Source of the DNA: Phoronis australis
Taxonomy: Eukaryota > Animalia > Phoronida
Direction: 5' to 3'
Assembly (NCBI GenBank): GCA_002633005.1
Contig: NMRA01000179.1
Coordinates: forward strand, 366,759-430,758
DNA: 64,000 nucleotides
Shown here: positions 63,523 to 64,000 of the stretch, piece after piece
Numbering within the stretch: position 1 is the stretch's first letter
Layout of the letters: each line of letters starts with the position of its first letter
Program-made: the position numbers and the translations under genes
Notes under the pieces: model-generated
Told to the model about the DNA's origin: nothing
Database searches by the model: none
What the model saw: the letters and a program-made list of their open reading frames with translations, nothing else

Positions 63523-64000
63523 TGTTATGTTCGTGGTTTTCATTAAACTTGCAGAGTCCAAAACATAACCTTATATGGCACTGGTAGCTAGAATCATAGA
63601 TTGTGTAAGTTGTGCAAAACAATTTTCTGAAATCTGATTATGACTCATGAGCATATGATCTTTAGTTCCGACAAACAAGTTTTCAGTTGAGAGTTAGACA
63701 GCATAGTGAATAGATGTATCTTGTAGATCTCTAGAATAAACCCACGTAAAACCGTAACACAGAGTTGTGTTTGAAAGAGGTTTTCATACATGGTGGCAGC
63801 GAACTCATTGGTTTTAGAGTTAAAGCCAGTGGAACACAGATTTTAGTGTTGGAGACATTCTACATCGATACTGACATGGCTGAGGGAACTGACAAATTCC
63901 TACCCGCAATCAAACCACCACAGACACTGGATTTGTCCGCCGCTGACAGAATCGGACAGTGGGAACTGTGGAGGCAACAGTGGACTAATTATGCCCTTTT
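63523..64000 (+). mobile_element. 5' end of a Ty3/Gypsy (Mag-like) LTR retrotransposon: 5' LTR, primer-binding site and start of gag
   Basis: Candidate LTR TGTTATG (63523) ... CATACA (63790) with AATAAA at 63735-63740. It is followed immediately by TGGTGGCAGCG (63791-63801), complementary to the 3' end of tRNA-Leu, and then an ORF from 63876. Confidence 0.82.
63876..64000 (+). CDS. gag: Retrotransposon Gag N-terminus, partial, runs off the right edge
   Basis: MAEGTDKFLPAIKPPQTLDLSAADRIGQWELWRQQWTNYAL has the 'PP..L...W..W...W.NY' pattern of Mag-clade Gag and starts ~75 bp after the primer-binding site. Confidence 0.75.
   Translation, partial: MAEGTDKFLPAIKPPQTLDLSAADRIGQWELWRQQWTNYAL

Overview
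This is AT-rich, intron-rich genomic DNA from an animal, probably an invertebrate; the repeat families suggest a mollusc or other lophotrochozoan (inference). Three spliced genes can be rebuilt by hand with frame-consistent junctions. (1) The 5' half of a beta-secretase (BACE-like) aspartic protease on the minus strand runs off the left edge. (2) A complete dynamin-binding protein/Tuba (DNMBP) gene on the plus strand has 22 coding exons and about 1527 aa (5 SH3 - DH - BAR - 2 SH3), and one intron must use a GC donor. (3) A complete sialin-like SLC17 transporter on the minus strand has 11 coding exons and about 497 aa. BACE and DNMBP appear to share a bidirectional promoter near 12.2 kb. The most unexpected element is an intact, intronless NADAR/YbiA-family ORF (8158-8715) inside the inferred first intron of BACE, on the same strand, with its own splice acceptor and a His where the family usually has a conserved Glu. 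A pearl/HINE-like (Helentron-associated) repeat family occurs in several copies. It is built from a ~455-bp unit of three ~150-bp subunits, each starting with a CTCF-like motif, and its arrays point convergently at the bidirectional promoter. Also present are a solo LTR with a 5-bp TSD, several MITEs (two with 6-bp TSDs), three minisatellites, and the 5' LTR, primer-binding site and gag start of a Gypsy-type retrotransposon at the right edge. No database searches were run; all calls come from motif recognition and manual reading.
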